Assembly (NCBI GenBank): GCA_964384105.1
Contig: CAYLJV010000005.1
Location: forward strand, 1-64,000
Reading direction: 5' to 3'
Source of the DNA: Candidatus Hadarchaeota archaeon
Lineage (GTDB): Archaea > Hadarchaeota > Hadarchaeia > Hadarchaeales > JAGGTB01
Length of the DNA: 64,000 nucleotides
The notes under the pieces are model-generated. The model did no database searches, had not been told where the DNA came from, and saw nothing but the letters and a program-made list of their open reading frames with translations. Shown here one piece after another: positions 44,901 to 54,063 of the stretch (within the stretch, counting starts at the first letter, position 1; each line of letters starts with the position of its first letter). A program made the position numbers and the translations under genes.

Positions 44901-45267
44901 GATTTTGAAGAAGGTTTTTACGGTTTTGTATCTGTTTTTTGCTTTGTTGTTTCCTTTTGTTTTGACTGATTGGCTTTCATTTTCTGATTGGTTTGTGCTG
45001 CCTTTGATTTTGTTTTTCTTTGGTTTGGCGGACCCTTGGGAGGCTTATAGACGTATCAAGTCGGCTGTTTTTGATCTCTTTGATGATCTGGTTTTGGGCC
45101 GTACTCGTGATATGAGGAGGAGGTGGATTAGATCGGAAATGAGACGGGGTTTTCGAGAACTGCTTGAGCTTCTAGATCGGTATAGGAATGATGAGGTCGG
45201 TGTTAATTGGTTGTTGGTTAGGTTGGAGCAGATTGAGGATGTAATTGGGAGGGAAAAACATGACTAG
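44878..45267 (+). CDS. Hypothetical membrane protein (2 TM)
   Basis: Two N-terminal hydrophobic helices; overlaps both neighbours. Confidence 0.65.
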   Translation: MRGMGMFRILKKVFTVLYLFFALLFPFVLTDWLSFSDWFVLPLILFFFGLADPWEAYRRIKSAVFDLFDDLVLGRTRDMRRRWIRSEMRRGFRELLELLDRYRNDEVGVNWLLVRLEQIEDVIGREKHD

Positions 45268-47371
45268 CATAGCTGAATTCTTGTCAACACATTCTATTAC
45301 GGGTTTCGTTCTGCCTGCGTTGGCGTATGCTGGGCTTTTGGTTCTGTGTCTTTATTTTGTTTATCTGGGTTTGAGGAGGAGGCGTTGGTGGTGGACTTCA
45401 GTGTTGGCGCCTATAACGATTGTTTTTTATCTTGTTTTTCCTGGGCCGACTATGGCTGTGCTTCGGGGTTTGTTTGTTGAGTTGTTGGGTGAGTGGGGTT
45501 TTACTCTGAATCCTGTTGTTGGGCTTTTGGTTTTCTCTACGGTTCCTTGGTTTGGTCTTGCTGTGTGGGTTTGGAGGTATGTGGATGGAGATTTGTATGT
45601 TGAGTATTTGGTGAGTTTGTCTCATGAGGGGTTTACGGAGGTTGGGCGGCCTTTTGTTCCGAAGTGTGAGTTTTTGGAGGGTTTGGTTGAGGCTGAGGGG
45701 AAGTCTAATGAGAATGTTATGATTACTGGTGTGAGTGGTACGGGTAAGACTACTTTGGGGTGTTATTTGTTGGGGTGTTATTTTGTGGATAGGGCTCGGT
45801 TGGCGTTTTCTTATAAGCCGTGGGATTCTACTTTGGAGTTGCCGGGGTTTGATGTGGTTAGTGTTGCTGAGAATCCGCCTAGTCCTTTTTCTGATCCTGA
45901 TTCTTTTACTAAGGCTTATCAGGTGGCTTTTGCGGAGCAGTCTAGTGGGGCTCGGGCTCAGAGGGCGATGACTATTTTGCCTGAGGTTGTTGAGTCGAGC
46001 GATTCTTGGGGTGATCTTTTGCAGTGTTTGAGGGAGCGGAAGGGTAGTATTGATGATCCTGTTTTGGAGGGTGCGTTGGAAGATATTATCAGCAATGTTA
46101 GGGTTTTGCTGATGAAGAATTTGCCGGAGGGTTCTGGTTGGGGTTCGTGGGATTTTGAGGGTGATTTGATTGTTGATTTTAGTGGTTTGGAGAATGATCA
46201 GCAGAAGAATTTCTTTTCTGAATATTTGTTGCGTTCGATTTGGAGTGAGGTTGAGGAGGGCGATCGACGTGATTTTGTTTTGTTTACTGATGAGGCTCAT
46301 CGTGTTTTGAAGAAGTGGGCTGGTAGGCAGGTCGGGATTTTAGATGTGATGGCTCGGGAGGTCCGTAGTCTCGGCGGCAACTTGATTATTTCTACTCAGA
46401 ATCGTTCGGATATTTCGGAGTTGGCTTTGAATCAGTTTGATTCTCAGTTTTGTTTCCGGTCTACTTCGAAGAGTGATTTGGAGTCTCTTTCGCAGATTTA
46501 TGGGGGTTTGTCTTCTCTTGTTCGTGAGCTTTCCACTCATCATTTTGTCGATGTTCGCCAGTACGGTATGAACGAGGATGTTAAGGTTTACAGTGGTAAG
46601 TTCTCTGATTGGTTGGTTTCTGGTGAGGTGAAACCGTCTTCTTCCGTGAGTGAGACTTCACGAAAGAAAAGGGTGAAACTCGCCGTGAAACGGCAAGAAA
46701 CGGGGCGTGAAACGCCCGGAGAAAATCGTGAGACGAGTGAAAAAGAGCGTGAAACGCAAAAAGAGGGTTCCGGTTCTGGGAAAAAGGCGAAGGATTCTGA
46801 CGGTGCGGTAAAGGTTGATAAAGAGAGTTTGGAGAATGATTTGATGAGGTTGTTGAACGAGCGGGCTTACTATGTAACCGAACTGGGTCGAGAGCTTGAG
46901 GGTAAGTATGATAAGGATGCGAACAGGCTCAAGGTGGATTGTCATGCTCTGCTCAAGGATTTGACTTCTTCAGGTGCGGTAATGAAGGCCGATCTGGAAG
47001 ACCGTTGGGGAAACAGGCTTGTAATGTACTGGTCCAAGGAGAAGGGTGTGAGCGCTTTCCATAAAGCTTTGTCCAGAAAGGCAAAGGCCACAATTTTGGA
47101 GCAGGGTGGGGAGATCGAAAAGGGAAGAGCAGGGGTTGATTTTATGGCTTTGATAAATGGTTCTGAAATTGGGGTCGAATGCGAGACAGGGTTGAAATCG
47201 GATTTGGAGAAGTTCAAGGAAAAGGTTGAAGAAAGAGTTGAGCACTTTGATCAGGTTTGGATCATTACACCCACAAAGAAGAAGCGGAAAAAGTACCGGA
47301 AAGCCCTCGAAAGGGTTAGAAACTTGAGTTTCAAGACTCTAAAGACTTTGAAAAGTGCGATTAGAAAATGA
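45245..47371 (+). CDS. Membrane-anchored HerA/VirB4/coupling-protein-like ATPase fused to wHTH-like and PD-(D/E)xK-like domains
   Basis: Three TM segments; ITGVSGTGKTT; LFTDEAH; REVRSLG..STQ; C-terminal VDF..IGVECETG. Confidence 0.8.
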   Translation: MGGKNMTSIAEFLSTHSITGFVLPALAYAGLLVLCLYFVYLGLRRRRWWWTSVLAPITIVFYLVFPGPTMAVLRGLFVELLGEWGFTLNPVVGLLVFSTVPWFGLAVWVWRYVDGDLYVEYLVSLSHEGFTEVGRPFVPKCEFLEGLVEAEGKSNENVMITGVSGTGKTTLGCYLLGCYFVDRARLAFSYKPWDSTLELPGFDVVSVAENPPSPFSDPDSFTKAYQVAFAEQSSGARAQRAMTILPEVVESSDSWGDLLQCLRERKGSIDDPVLEGALEDIISNVRVLLMKNLPEGSGWGSWDFEGDLIVDFSGLENDQQKNFFSEYLLRSIWSEVEEGDRRDFVLFTDEAHRVLKKWAGRQVGILDVMAREVRSLGGNLIISTQNRSDISELALNQFDSQFCFRSTSKSDLESLSQIYGGLSSLVRELSTHHFVDVRQYGMNEDVKVYSGKFSDWLVSGEVKPSSSVSETSRKKRVKLAVKRQETGRETPGENRETSEKERETQKEGSGSGKKAKDSDGAVKVDKESLENDLMRLLNERAYYVTELGRELEGKYDKDANRLKVDCHALLKDLTSSGAVMKADLEDRWGNRLVMYWSKEKGVSAFHKALSRKAKATILEQGGEIEKGRAGVDFMALINGSEIGVECETGLKSDLEKFKEKVEERVEHFDQVWIITPTKKKRKKYRKALERVRNLSFKTLKTLKSAIRK
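46628..46755 (+). repeat. Intragenic array of GTGA(A/G)AC heptamers (iteron-like)
   Basis: Copies at 46628, 46650, 46673, 46685, 46707, 46728 and 46749. Confidence 0.65.
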
Positions 47372-47534
47372 TATTGACTTTTGGATCGTAATTAGAAAAT
47401 AAGTCATTTTACGTGCTTGGAAATAATTTTTCAAGATTTTATACGTATAAAGCTTCCTTCTACAGGGCGTAATTTTGTCTGTTCTCTATTCTTGTTTTAT
47501 AGTGTAATGGATTTTTGGAGATTTTGAACAGTGT

Positions 47535-47735
47535 TTATGGTGGAGTGTTTGTTTGTTCGATTATGAGGCGGTTGTTTTTTTGGTCGATTTTTATTTTGGT
47601 TTTTTCTCCTTCTTTTAGGGGGAATGAGCTGTCTTTTGCTACATCTGTGGGGATGTAGATGAAATATTTGTCGTATTTTTTGCCTCCTGTTTCTGTGGGC
47701 CGGTTTATGAACCTTCCTTCTCCTTTTAATACCAA
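47535..47735 (-). CDS. AbrB/MazE-like small DNA-binding protein
   Basis: KYFIYIPTDVAKDSSFPLKEGEKTKIKID..RLII. Confidence 0.7.
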   Translation of the reverse strand: MVLKGEGRFINRPTETGGKKYDKYFIYIPTDVAKDSSFPLKEGEKTKIKIDQKNNRLIIEQTNTPP

Positions 47736-48026
47736 TTTGGTGTCACCGTTTGTTGTCCAAGGTTGGAGAGGTATCGGCTTTTCCGACCACCAATTTGGTG
47801 TACCAAAGATTCTTATTGTGTTAGCAGGAATAGTTTAATCGAGAGTTTTTATTGATGAGATTGTTTGGGAAAATATTTTCAAATCTTTTGGGGTTATCCT
47901 TTGATTCTGTATGTGTGGAAGAGATGGAGGAGTATAAAAAAGATAGGTGGTCTTAAATAAATAATGGGTTGTTTAGATGGATTTCGACAATTTCAAGTTT
48001 TCCAATGTTTTTTGGGGGGGGGCGGT

Positions 48027-50576
48027 ATGAGAGTTTTGTTTGTGGACGACGAGATCGACATTTTAGAGCAGGCTAAAATTTTTCTTGAAAAAGAGTTGGA
48101 TCAACTTTCTGTAGAAACTGTAGTTTCTGCTAAAGAAGCTTTGGACTTATTGGAGGAGAAAACTTTTGATGTTGTGGTTTCCGATTATCAGATGCCGGAA
48201 ATGGACGGTCTCGAGTTTTTAGAAACTGTTAGAGAAGATAAAGATAGCGAGATTCCTTTCATAATCTTCACTGGGAAGGGTCGGGAGGAGGTTGCGATGA
48301 AGGCCTTGAATCTGGGGGCTAATCGTTATTTGCAGAAGGGTGGAAGTCCTAAGTCGCAGTACGGAGTCTTGGCGCAATCGATTGTTCAGGAGGTTAAGCA
48401 TGCAAGGGGTACGTTAGAAAGGAAGAAAGTGGAGGCCAAGTTATCCTCTATCGTGAGGGGTTCCGAGGACCCGATCTATATTGTGGACGAGGACTGTAGG
48501 ATTACGTTTGCAAATCAGGCTGAGTTGGAGAAGACAGGGATGGAGTTTGGAGAGATAATCGGTTTAGAGTTCGGCGAATCGCACCCGGAAGAAGATGCTA
48601 GAGATTTTGAAGAGAAAGTGAAAAAAGCTCTTGAAACCGGAAAATCACAGCGACAGGAAGTCGAACATGAGGACTCTGGACGATTCTATGATAGGACTAT
48701 CACACCTGTTGAAGATCCTCGAACCGGAATGATGAATAGAGCAGCTGTAATCTCGAAAGATGTAACCGAACGGAAAAAGCGCGAAAAAGAACTTGAAGAA
48801 AGCGAAGAGCGTTACAGACGGCTTTTCGAGACCGCTCAAGATGGAATGCTCATAGTGGATGCGGAAACGGGCGAGATAAAGGATGCTAATCCCTTTATCC
48901 AGGATATTTTGGGTTATTCAAAGGAGGAACTTCTAGGCAGAGAACTCGGGGAGATCGGAACCTTCAGAAACTTTGCTGAGAACAGAGCCCGGTTCAAAGA
49001 ACTTGTAGATGAGGGATATATTCGTTACGAGGACCTACCGCTCGAAACCAAGGAAGGAAAAGAAGTCCCTGTGGAATTCGTGAGCAATACTTACGAGGCG
49101 GGTGGGGAGAAAGTGCTTCAATGCAACATCCGGGAAATCTCCGAGAGAAAGAAGAGGAAAGAAAAACTCCAAAAAGAGAAGAAAAGATTTCAAGAAATTT
49201 TCAACAATGTGAACGATGCGATTTATCTCCACGAGTTGACTGAGGATGGGACGCCTGGCGAGTTTATAGAAGTTAACGATGTTGCCTGTGAGATGCTTGG
49301 ATATTCGAGGGATGAATTTATGGAAATGTCTCCTCAAGACATAGATTCTTCGAAAAAATCCGACGAAATCCCTGAAGTAATGGAAGAACTGTTTGAGAAA
49401 GGAGATGTCCGTTTTGAAATGTTGCATCAAGCGAAGGACGGCACCGAGATACCTGTCGAGATCCATTCCCATCTGTTTGAACTGGAAGGTGAAGAAAGAG
49501 TCCTATCCGTAGCCAGAGATATTTCGGAAAGGAAGGGGGCGGAGGAAGATTTAAAACTATATAAGAAGGGTCTGGAGGCTTCAGGCGATTCTATATACAT
49601 GATTGATGTTGATGGTCGGTATGTTTTTGCCAATGATGAGCATTTATCGAGGCTTTACGAAGATGGCAGGATCTCTAGGAAAGATGAAGTTGAAGTTGTT
49701 GGGAGAAAATATCGAGATATTCACCCTGACGAGGATTCAAAGGGACTGGAGGCGAATCTTGAAAAGGTGATAGAAACTGGAGAGGTGAGAGTGGAGGAGC
49801 ACGAGTTTTCGTCTATGGACAGGTGGTCGAGCAGAACCTACAGCCCTATCGAAAATCCAGAGTCGGGAGATATTGAAGGCGTTATTATCGTTTCGAAGGA
49901 TATAACGAACCAGAAGGAGGCAGAGAAAAGGGAAGAGTTTCTCCATTCACTGTTACGTCATGACGTGAGAAACAAGGCTCAGATTGCGAAGGGATATTTT
50001 GAACTTCTTGATGAGGAGGATCTCTCTGAGAGAGGAAGAGACTTTCTTGAGAAGACAGAGAAAGCGTGTGATGAAGCTGTGGAGATTATCGAAAAGGTGA
50101 GGAAATTACGAGATGTTGAGAAGGGGTCGGAGATTAGGGAGGTTAGCTTAGCGGAAGTAATTGATGTGGTGGTTGATGAGCATAAGGATCAGCTTTCTGA
50201 GAAAAACATCGAATTAGAGTGTAAAGATGATAAGCGAAAAGTGATGGCGGGTCCTCTGTTGGAAGAGCTTTTTTCCAATCTTATAGAGAATGCTATCAGG
50301 CATTCGGATTGTTCAAACATTCGTATTTATGGAAGAGATCAAGGTGCGGGATGTATTGTTACCGTCGAGGATGATGGATGTGGAATTTCTGATGAAGATA
50401 AGGAGAAAATCTTTGAAAAGGGGTATAGGAAAAGTGAGCGCGTTGGTTCGGGACTTGGGTTATATATGGTAAAGGAAATTGCTGAAAATTACGGTGGTGG
50501 AGTGAAGGTTAGGGATTCAGATCTTGGTGGGGTCAGATTTGATGTTTACTTGAAAAATGTACATAAGGGGGGTTAG
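48027..50576 (+). CDS. Hybrid sensor histidine kinase (REC, four PAS, HisKA/HATPase)
   Basis: VDDE, SDYQMP, FTGKG; PAS repeats; RHDVRN, NLIENAIRH, EDDGCGI, GLGLY. Confidence 0.93.
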   Translation: MRVLFVDDEIDILEQAKIFLEKELDQLSVETVVSAKEALDLLEEKTFDVVVSDYQMPEMDGLEFLETVREDKDSEIPFIIFTGKGREEVAMKALNLGANRYLQKGGSPKSQYGVLAQSIVQEVKHARGTLERKKVEAKLSSIVRGSEDPIYIVDEDCRITFANQAELEKTGMEFGEIIGLEFGESHPEEDARDFEEKVKKALETGKSQRQEVEHEDSGRFYDRTITPVEDPRTGMMNRAAVISKDVTERKKREKELEESEERYRRLFETAQDGMLIVDAETGEIKDANPFIQDILGYSKEELLGRELGEIGTFRNFAENRARFKELVDEGYIRYEDLPLETKEGKEVPVEFVSNTYEAGGEKVLQCNIREISERKKRKEKLQKEKKRFQEIFNNVNDAIYLHELTEDGTPGEFIEVNDVACEMLGYSRDEFMEMSPQDIDSSKKSDEIPEVMEELFEKGDVRFEMLHQAKDGTEIPVEIHSHLFELEGEERVLSVARDISERKGAEEDLKLYKKGLEASGDSIYMIDVDGRYVFANDEHLSRLYEDGRISRKDEVEVVGRKYRDIHPDEDSKGLEANLEKVIETGEVRVEEHEFSSMDRWSSRTYSPIENPESGDIEGVIIVSKDITNQKEAEKREEFLHSLLRHDVRNKAQIAKGYFELLDEEDLSERGRDFLEKTEKACDEAVEIIEKVRKLRDVEKGSEIREVSLAEVIDVVVDEHKDQLSEKNIELECKDDKRKVMAGPLLEELFSNLIENAIRHSDCSNIRIYGRDQGAGCIVTVEDDGCGISDEDKEKIFEKGYRKSERVGSGLGLYMVKEIAENYGGGVKVRDSDLGGVRFDVYLKNVHKGG

Positions 50577-50581
50577 AAAGT

Positions 50582-50827
50582 TTGACGGGGGAGGACGATT
50601 CTAAGGATGAATTTGATGTGTTGGATCAGATTTTGTATCTTTTGAATGATGAAAATTGGCATGACTTGGAAGAGATAGTAGAGGAGATTTCTATATCGGA
50701 GGAGAAAATTAAAGAGATAATGAAACTTCTTGAAAAAACGGAAATGGTTGAAACAAAAAATGGTGAGAAGAAAGTCAAAATAGATAAACTTGGGATAACA
50801 ATTCTGGAATTGCCGTCAGAATCCTAA
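50582..50827 (+). CDS. Small winged-helix protein
   Basis: ILYLL..WHDLEEIVEE..IMKLLEKTEMVE. Confidence 0.65.
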   Translation: MTGEDDSKDEFDVLDQILYLLNDENWHDLEEIVEEISISEEKIKEIMKLLEKTEMVETKNGEKKVKIDKLGITILELPSES

Positions 50828-50883
50828 AACGTAAAACTAAAAGATTAATAGATAACCCTTTACGGGCAAATTTAGGGTTAGTT

Positions 50884-50905
50884 TCCCAGCCCCGGCGCCA
50901 TTTTT
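50884..50905 (+). repeat. attR (duplicate of the tRNA-Ser 3' end)
   Basis: TCCCAGCCCCGGCGCCATTTTT, identical to 41302-41323. Confidence 0.92.
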
Positions 50906-51034
50906 AATGTTATTTCGACTGGATTCAGAAGGTATTTTGGAAATTTTTAAAATTAGGCGCGAATATGTCTTGTCGATATGTTTGGATAACAGAGGAGTGG
51001 GAAACTCTTAGAAGCAAGCATCTAAATGGCGGAG

Positions 51035-51754
51035 CTATCCTTTAGGTAAGTTCTTAATTTCACAATTTTCGAAGTTATCTTTTATCTCTTCCCGAATTTC
51101 CCTTATTTTTTCGTCGGCAATAGGTTCTAGTTGCTCGTATTTTTCTTTTAAAGTGTTCTGGGGAATAAACTGCTGTAGGTGGTAATTTTTGGTTCTTCCT
51201 TTTATCTGGTCTGCGATGTCTATTATTTCATCTTCACTAACGATATTTGGAACGATAGTGGTCCTGAATTCATAATTTGTGTTGGAATGTTCTAACAGTG
51301 AGATTGTTTTCTTTACGTTTTCAAATAACTCTTTTTTATCAACACCAATGGCTTTTCTATATTTTTTCCAGTTTAGTGGTGCTTTTATGTCTAGAAAAAT
51401 ATGGTCGGTAAGGTTTCTCTCAAGAAGCTTTTTCAGCATATCAGGATTTGATCCATTTGTTTCTATTCCAACTTGAAACCCTAATTCTTTGACTTTTTTG
51501 GAAAATTCTGGCAGAGCGGAATCCATAGTTGGTTCTCCTCCCGTTATTACTAGGCCATCTAACCATCTCTTTTTTGACTCTAGATGGTTTAATATCTCAT
51601 TTTCTTCTATCACTGGGAGTCTTTCTGGGTTAAGTACCAAATCTTTGTTTTGGCAAAATGGACATCTAAAGTTACACCCACCGACAAATGCAACCGCTAC
51701 TATCTTCCCCGACCACTCGATAAGAGAGCTTTTTTCAAGGCCTCTGAATTTCAT
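51035..51754 (-). CDS. nrdG: Anaerobic ribonucleotide reductase activating enzyme
   Basis: GCNFRCPFCQN, TGGEPT, ETNG, YEFRTT; downstream of nrdD. Confidence 0.93.
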   Translation of the reverse strand: MKFRGLEKSSLIEWSGKIVAVAFVGGCNFRCPFCQNKDLVLNPERLPVIEENEILNHLESKKRWLDGLVITGGEPTMDSALPEFSKKVKELGFQVGIETNGSNPDMLKKLLERNLTDHIFLDIKAPLNWKKYRKAIGVDKKELFENVKKTISLLEHSNTNYEFRTTIVPNIVSEDEIIDIADQIKGRTKNYHLQQFIPQNTLKEKYEQLEPIADEKIREIREEIKDNFENCEIKNLPKG

Positions 51755-51764
51755 GAGCCACCCT

Positions 51765-53990
51765 TTAGGCTAGAGCTAGAGTTTGGTCGAAAGTTTTTCT
51801 TTCGCTATACTCTTCTTGTTTTCCGTCATTCCAATTTTGTACCGGTCTGTAGTATCCTACTACTCGAGAGTAGACTTCTGTGCCTTTTCCACAGGTCGGG
51901 CATTCAGCGTGTTCTCCTGAGATGTACCCATGATCATGACAGATACTGTAAGTCGGCGTCAGAGTTATATAAGGCAACTTCGTTTTATGCGTGAGTTTCC
52001 TGACTAGAGTTTTAGCTTCTTCTCTACCTAGTCTTTCTCCTAGGAATGTGTGGAATACTGTTCCACCCGTATACTTGGTTTGAAGATCTTCTTCTATTTC
52101 TATCTGTTCAAGAACGTCGTCTGTTTCTCCGACAGGAACTTGAGTCGAATTGGTGTAGTAAGGAGTGTCTTCTCCTGCGGCAATTATCTCGGGATATTTC
52201 TTCTTATCATTTTTTGCCAGCCTGTAGCTTGTACCTTCTGCGGGCGTTGCCTCTAGGTTATATAGGTTTCCGGTTTTCTCTTGGAAGTCCTGAAGTCTCT
52301 TCAACATGTAGTCAAGTACACTATTGGAAAATTCATGACCATCTTTAGTGGCTATGCTTTTTCCAAATAGATTGATACAAGCTTCGTTCATACCAACTAG
52401 CCCTATCGTAGAAAAGTGATTTTGCAAAGTCCCTAGATATCTCTTAGAGTAGGGGAGCAGGTCATTTTCCATATTTTTGCTTACTACTTCTCTCTTTATC
52501 TCGAGAGAATTTTTAGCTAAGACCATCATGTAGTCTAGTCTTTCAAAGAATTCTTCTTCGTTATTTGAGAGGAAGCCTATTCTTGGCATGTTTATAGTTA
52601 CTACCCCTAGGGATCCGGTCATATCACTTGAACCGAAAAGTCCACCGGTTACATTTCTTTCTAGCTCTCTTTTATCTAATCGGAGTCTACAGCACATACT
52701 CCTAATGTCGTCTGGACTGAGATTTGGACTGTTTACGAAGTTCGAGAAGTAAGGTAGACCGTACTGTGCGGTCATTTCGAAAAGTAGATCCGTGTTTTCG
52801 CTATTCCAGTCGAAAGAATCGGTGATGTTGTAGGTTGGAATTGGAAAGGTGAAAGGTCTTCCCTGCATGTCTCCCTCCATTAATACTTCCAGAAAAGCCT
52901 TGTTTATCAGTTCCATCTCCTGTTGGTAATCTCCATAGGTTCCGTCTCTCGTTTCGCCCTCTATAACTACAGGAGAGTTTTTGAGATCTTTTGGGACTGT
53001 CCAGTCCATAGTTAAGTTAGTGAAGGGTGTTTGGCCACCCCATCTGCTAGCTATGTTCAGGTTGAAGACGAATTTTTGCATACCTTGTTTTACTTCATTA
53101 TAACTCAAGTCATCTGCTCTCACAAATGGTGCCAGAAGAGTATCCATTGAATTGAAAGCTTGGGCCCCTGCCCATTCATTCTGTAAGGTTCCTATGAAAT
53201 TCGCCATCTGTAGCAGAGCTGTATCGTAGTGTTTTGGTGGTTTTGATTCAACTCTTCCTGGAACTCCGTTAAATCCCTCTCTGAGTAATTTTTGCAATGA
53301 CCAACCTGCACAGTACCCTGCTATTCCGAATGAAAGATCGTGAATATGAATATCCCCATTCCTGTGAGCGTCAGAAACTTCCATTGGATAGATCCTATCT
53401 AGAGTGTAATTTGAAACGACTGATCCAGCAGCGTGTTTGTATAGGCCCGACATTGAGTATCCTATATTGCTGTTTTCTTTTACCCTCCAGCTCCTTTGTC
53501 CCAGGTAATCATCTACTAGCTCCTCTACTTCTATGAAGGTGTTTTTTATTTCCCTCATATCTTCATGCTGTTTTCTATACAAAATGTAGGCTTTTGCTGT
53601 CTTAGCGTGACCGTTCTCGATTAGAACTTTTTCTACGGCATCTTGAATTTCTTCAACATAAGGAACTTCTTTGGTAATGTTTTTCTCTAAATACTCTACT
53701 ACTTTATCGGAAAGTCTCTCTGCCAATCGCCTGTTTCTCCCTCCGACAGCACGAGCAGCGCTCCATATGGCTTCAGTTATTTTGCTCTGATCAAATTCTA
53801 CTATTCTTCCGTCTCTCTTCTCGACTTTTTCTATTTCAGAAATCTTTGATTCCTCTTTCTCTTCTTCTCCGCCCGATACCAACCATAAACCACAACGAGG
53901 ACATCTTTTAGGTTGTTCAACCCTTGGGTTCCAGATATGGCCACATTTCGGACATCTCATCTTTTCATCTTTTTCAGAAATCGAAATCAC
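51765..53990 (-). CDS. nrdD: Class III ribonucleoside-triphosphate reductase with ATP cone and extra N-terminal Zn ribbon
   Basis: VEKRDGR, IHIHDL, MCCRL, NLEATPAE, YTGGT, YSRVVGY. Confidence 0.95.
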   Translation of the reverse strand: MISISEKDEKMRCPKCGHIWNPRVEQPKRCPRCGLWLVSGGEEEKEESKISEIEKVEKRDGRIVEFDQSKITEAIWSAARAVGGRNRRLAERLSDKVVEYLEKNITKEVPYVEEIQDAVEKVLIENGHAKTAKAYILYRKQHEDMREIKNTFIEVEELVDDYLGQRSWRVKENSNIGYSMSGLYKHAAGSVVSNYTLDRIYPMEVSDAHRNGDIHIHDLSFGIAGYCAGWSLQKLLREGFNGVPGRVESKPPKHYDTALLQMANFIGTLQNEWAGAQAFNSMDTLLAPFVRADDLSYNEVKQGMQKFVFNLNIASRWGGQTPFTNLTMDWTVPKDLKNSPVVIEGETRDGTYGDYQQEMELINKAFLEVLMEGDMQGRPFTFPIPTYNITDSFDWNSENTDLLFEMTAQYGLPYFSNFVNSPNLSPDDIRSMCCRLRLDKRELERNVTGGLFGSSDMTGSLGVVTINMPRIGFLSNNEEEFFERLDYMMVLAKNSLEIKREVVSKNMENDLLPYSKRYLGTLQNHFSTIGLVGMNEACINLFGKSIATKDGHEFSNSVLDYMLKRLQDFQEKTGNLYNLEATPAEGTSYRLAKNDKKKYPEIIAAGEDTPYYTNSTQVPVGETDDVLEQIEIEEDLQTKYTGGTVFHTFLGERLGREEAKTLVRKLTHKTKLPYITLTPTYSICHDHGYISGEHAECPTCGKGTEVYSRVVGYYRPVQNWNDGKQEEYSERKTFDQTLALA

Positions 53991-54063
53991 CCCGTTTTAC
54001 TATTATTACTATTACTACTACAGTATAAATCTATAGGTTACTAAAAATTAGGACTAGAGTTGA

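Larger units (their letters stand above)
41302..50905. mobile_element. About 9.6-kb integrative element inserted at the tRNA-Ser 3' end
   Basis: 22-bp direct repeats at both ends, tyrosine integrase, TA module, distinct base composition. Confidence 0.9.

Noticed and set aside
45398-46300. 300-aa antisense ORF within the ATPase gene
   Set aside because: By-product of the extreme strand bias (Q/T/N/K/P-rich), with no recognisable domain
46684-46755. CGTGAAAC as bacterial parS
   Set aside because: Only half-sites in direct orientation, no full palindrome and no ParB in the window
48008-48022. T-tract plus G9 tract before the kinase as a phase-variation switch
   Set aside because: Lies upstream of the likely ATG (48027) and probably serves as the SD region; no evidence of length variation from one sequence
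41302-50905. Element as a provirus
   Set aside because: No recognisable capsid, spike, terminase or polymerase/Rep genes
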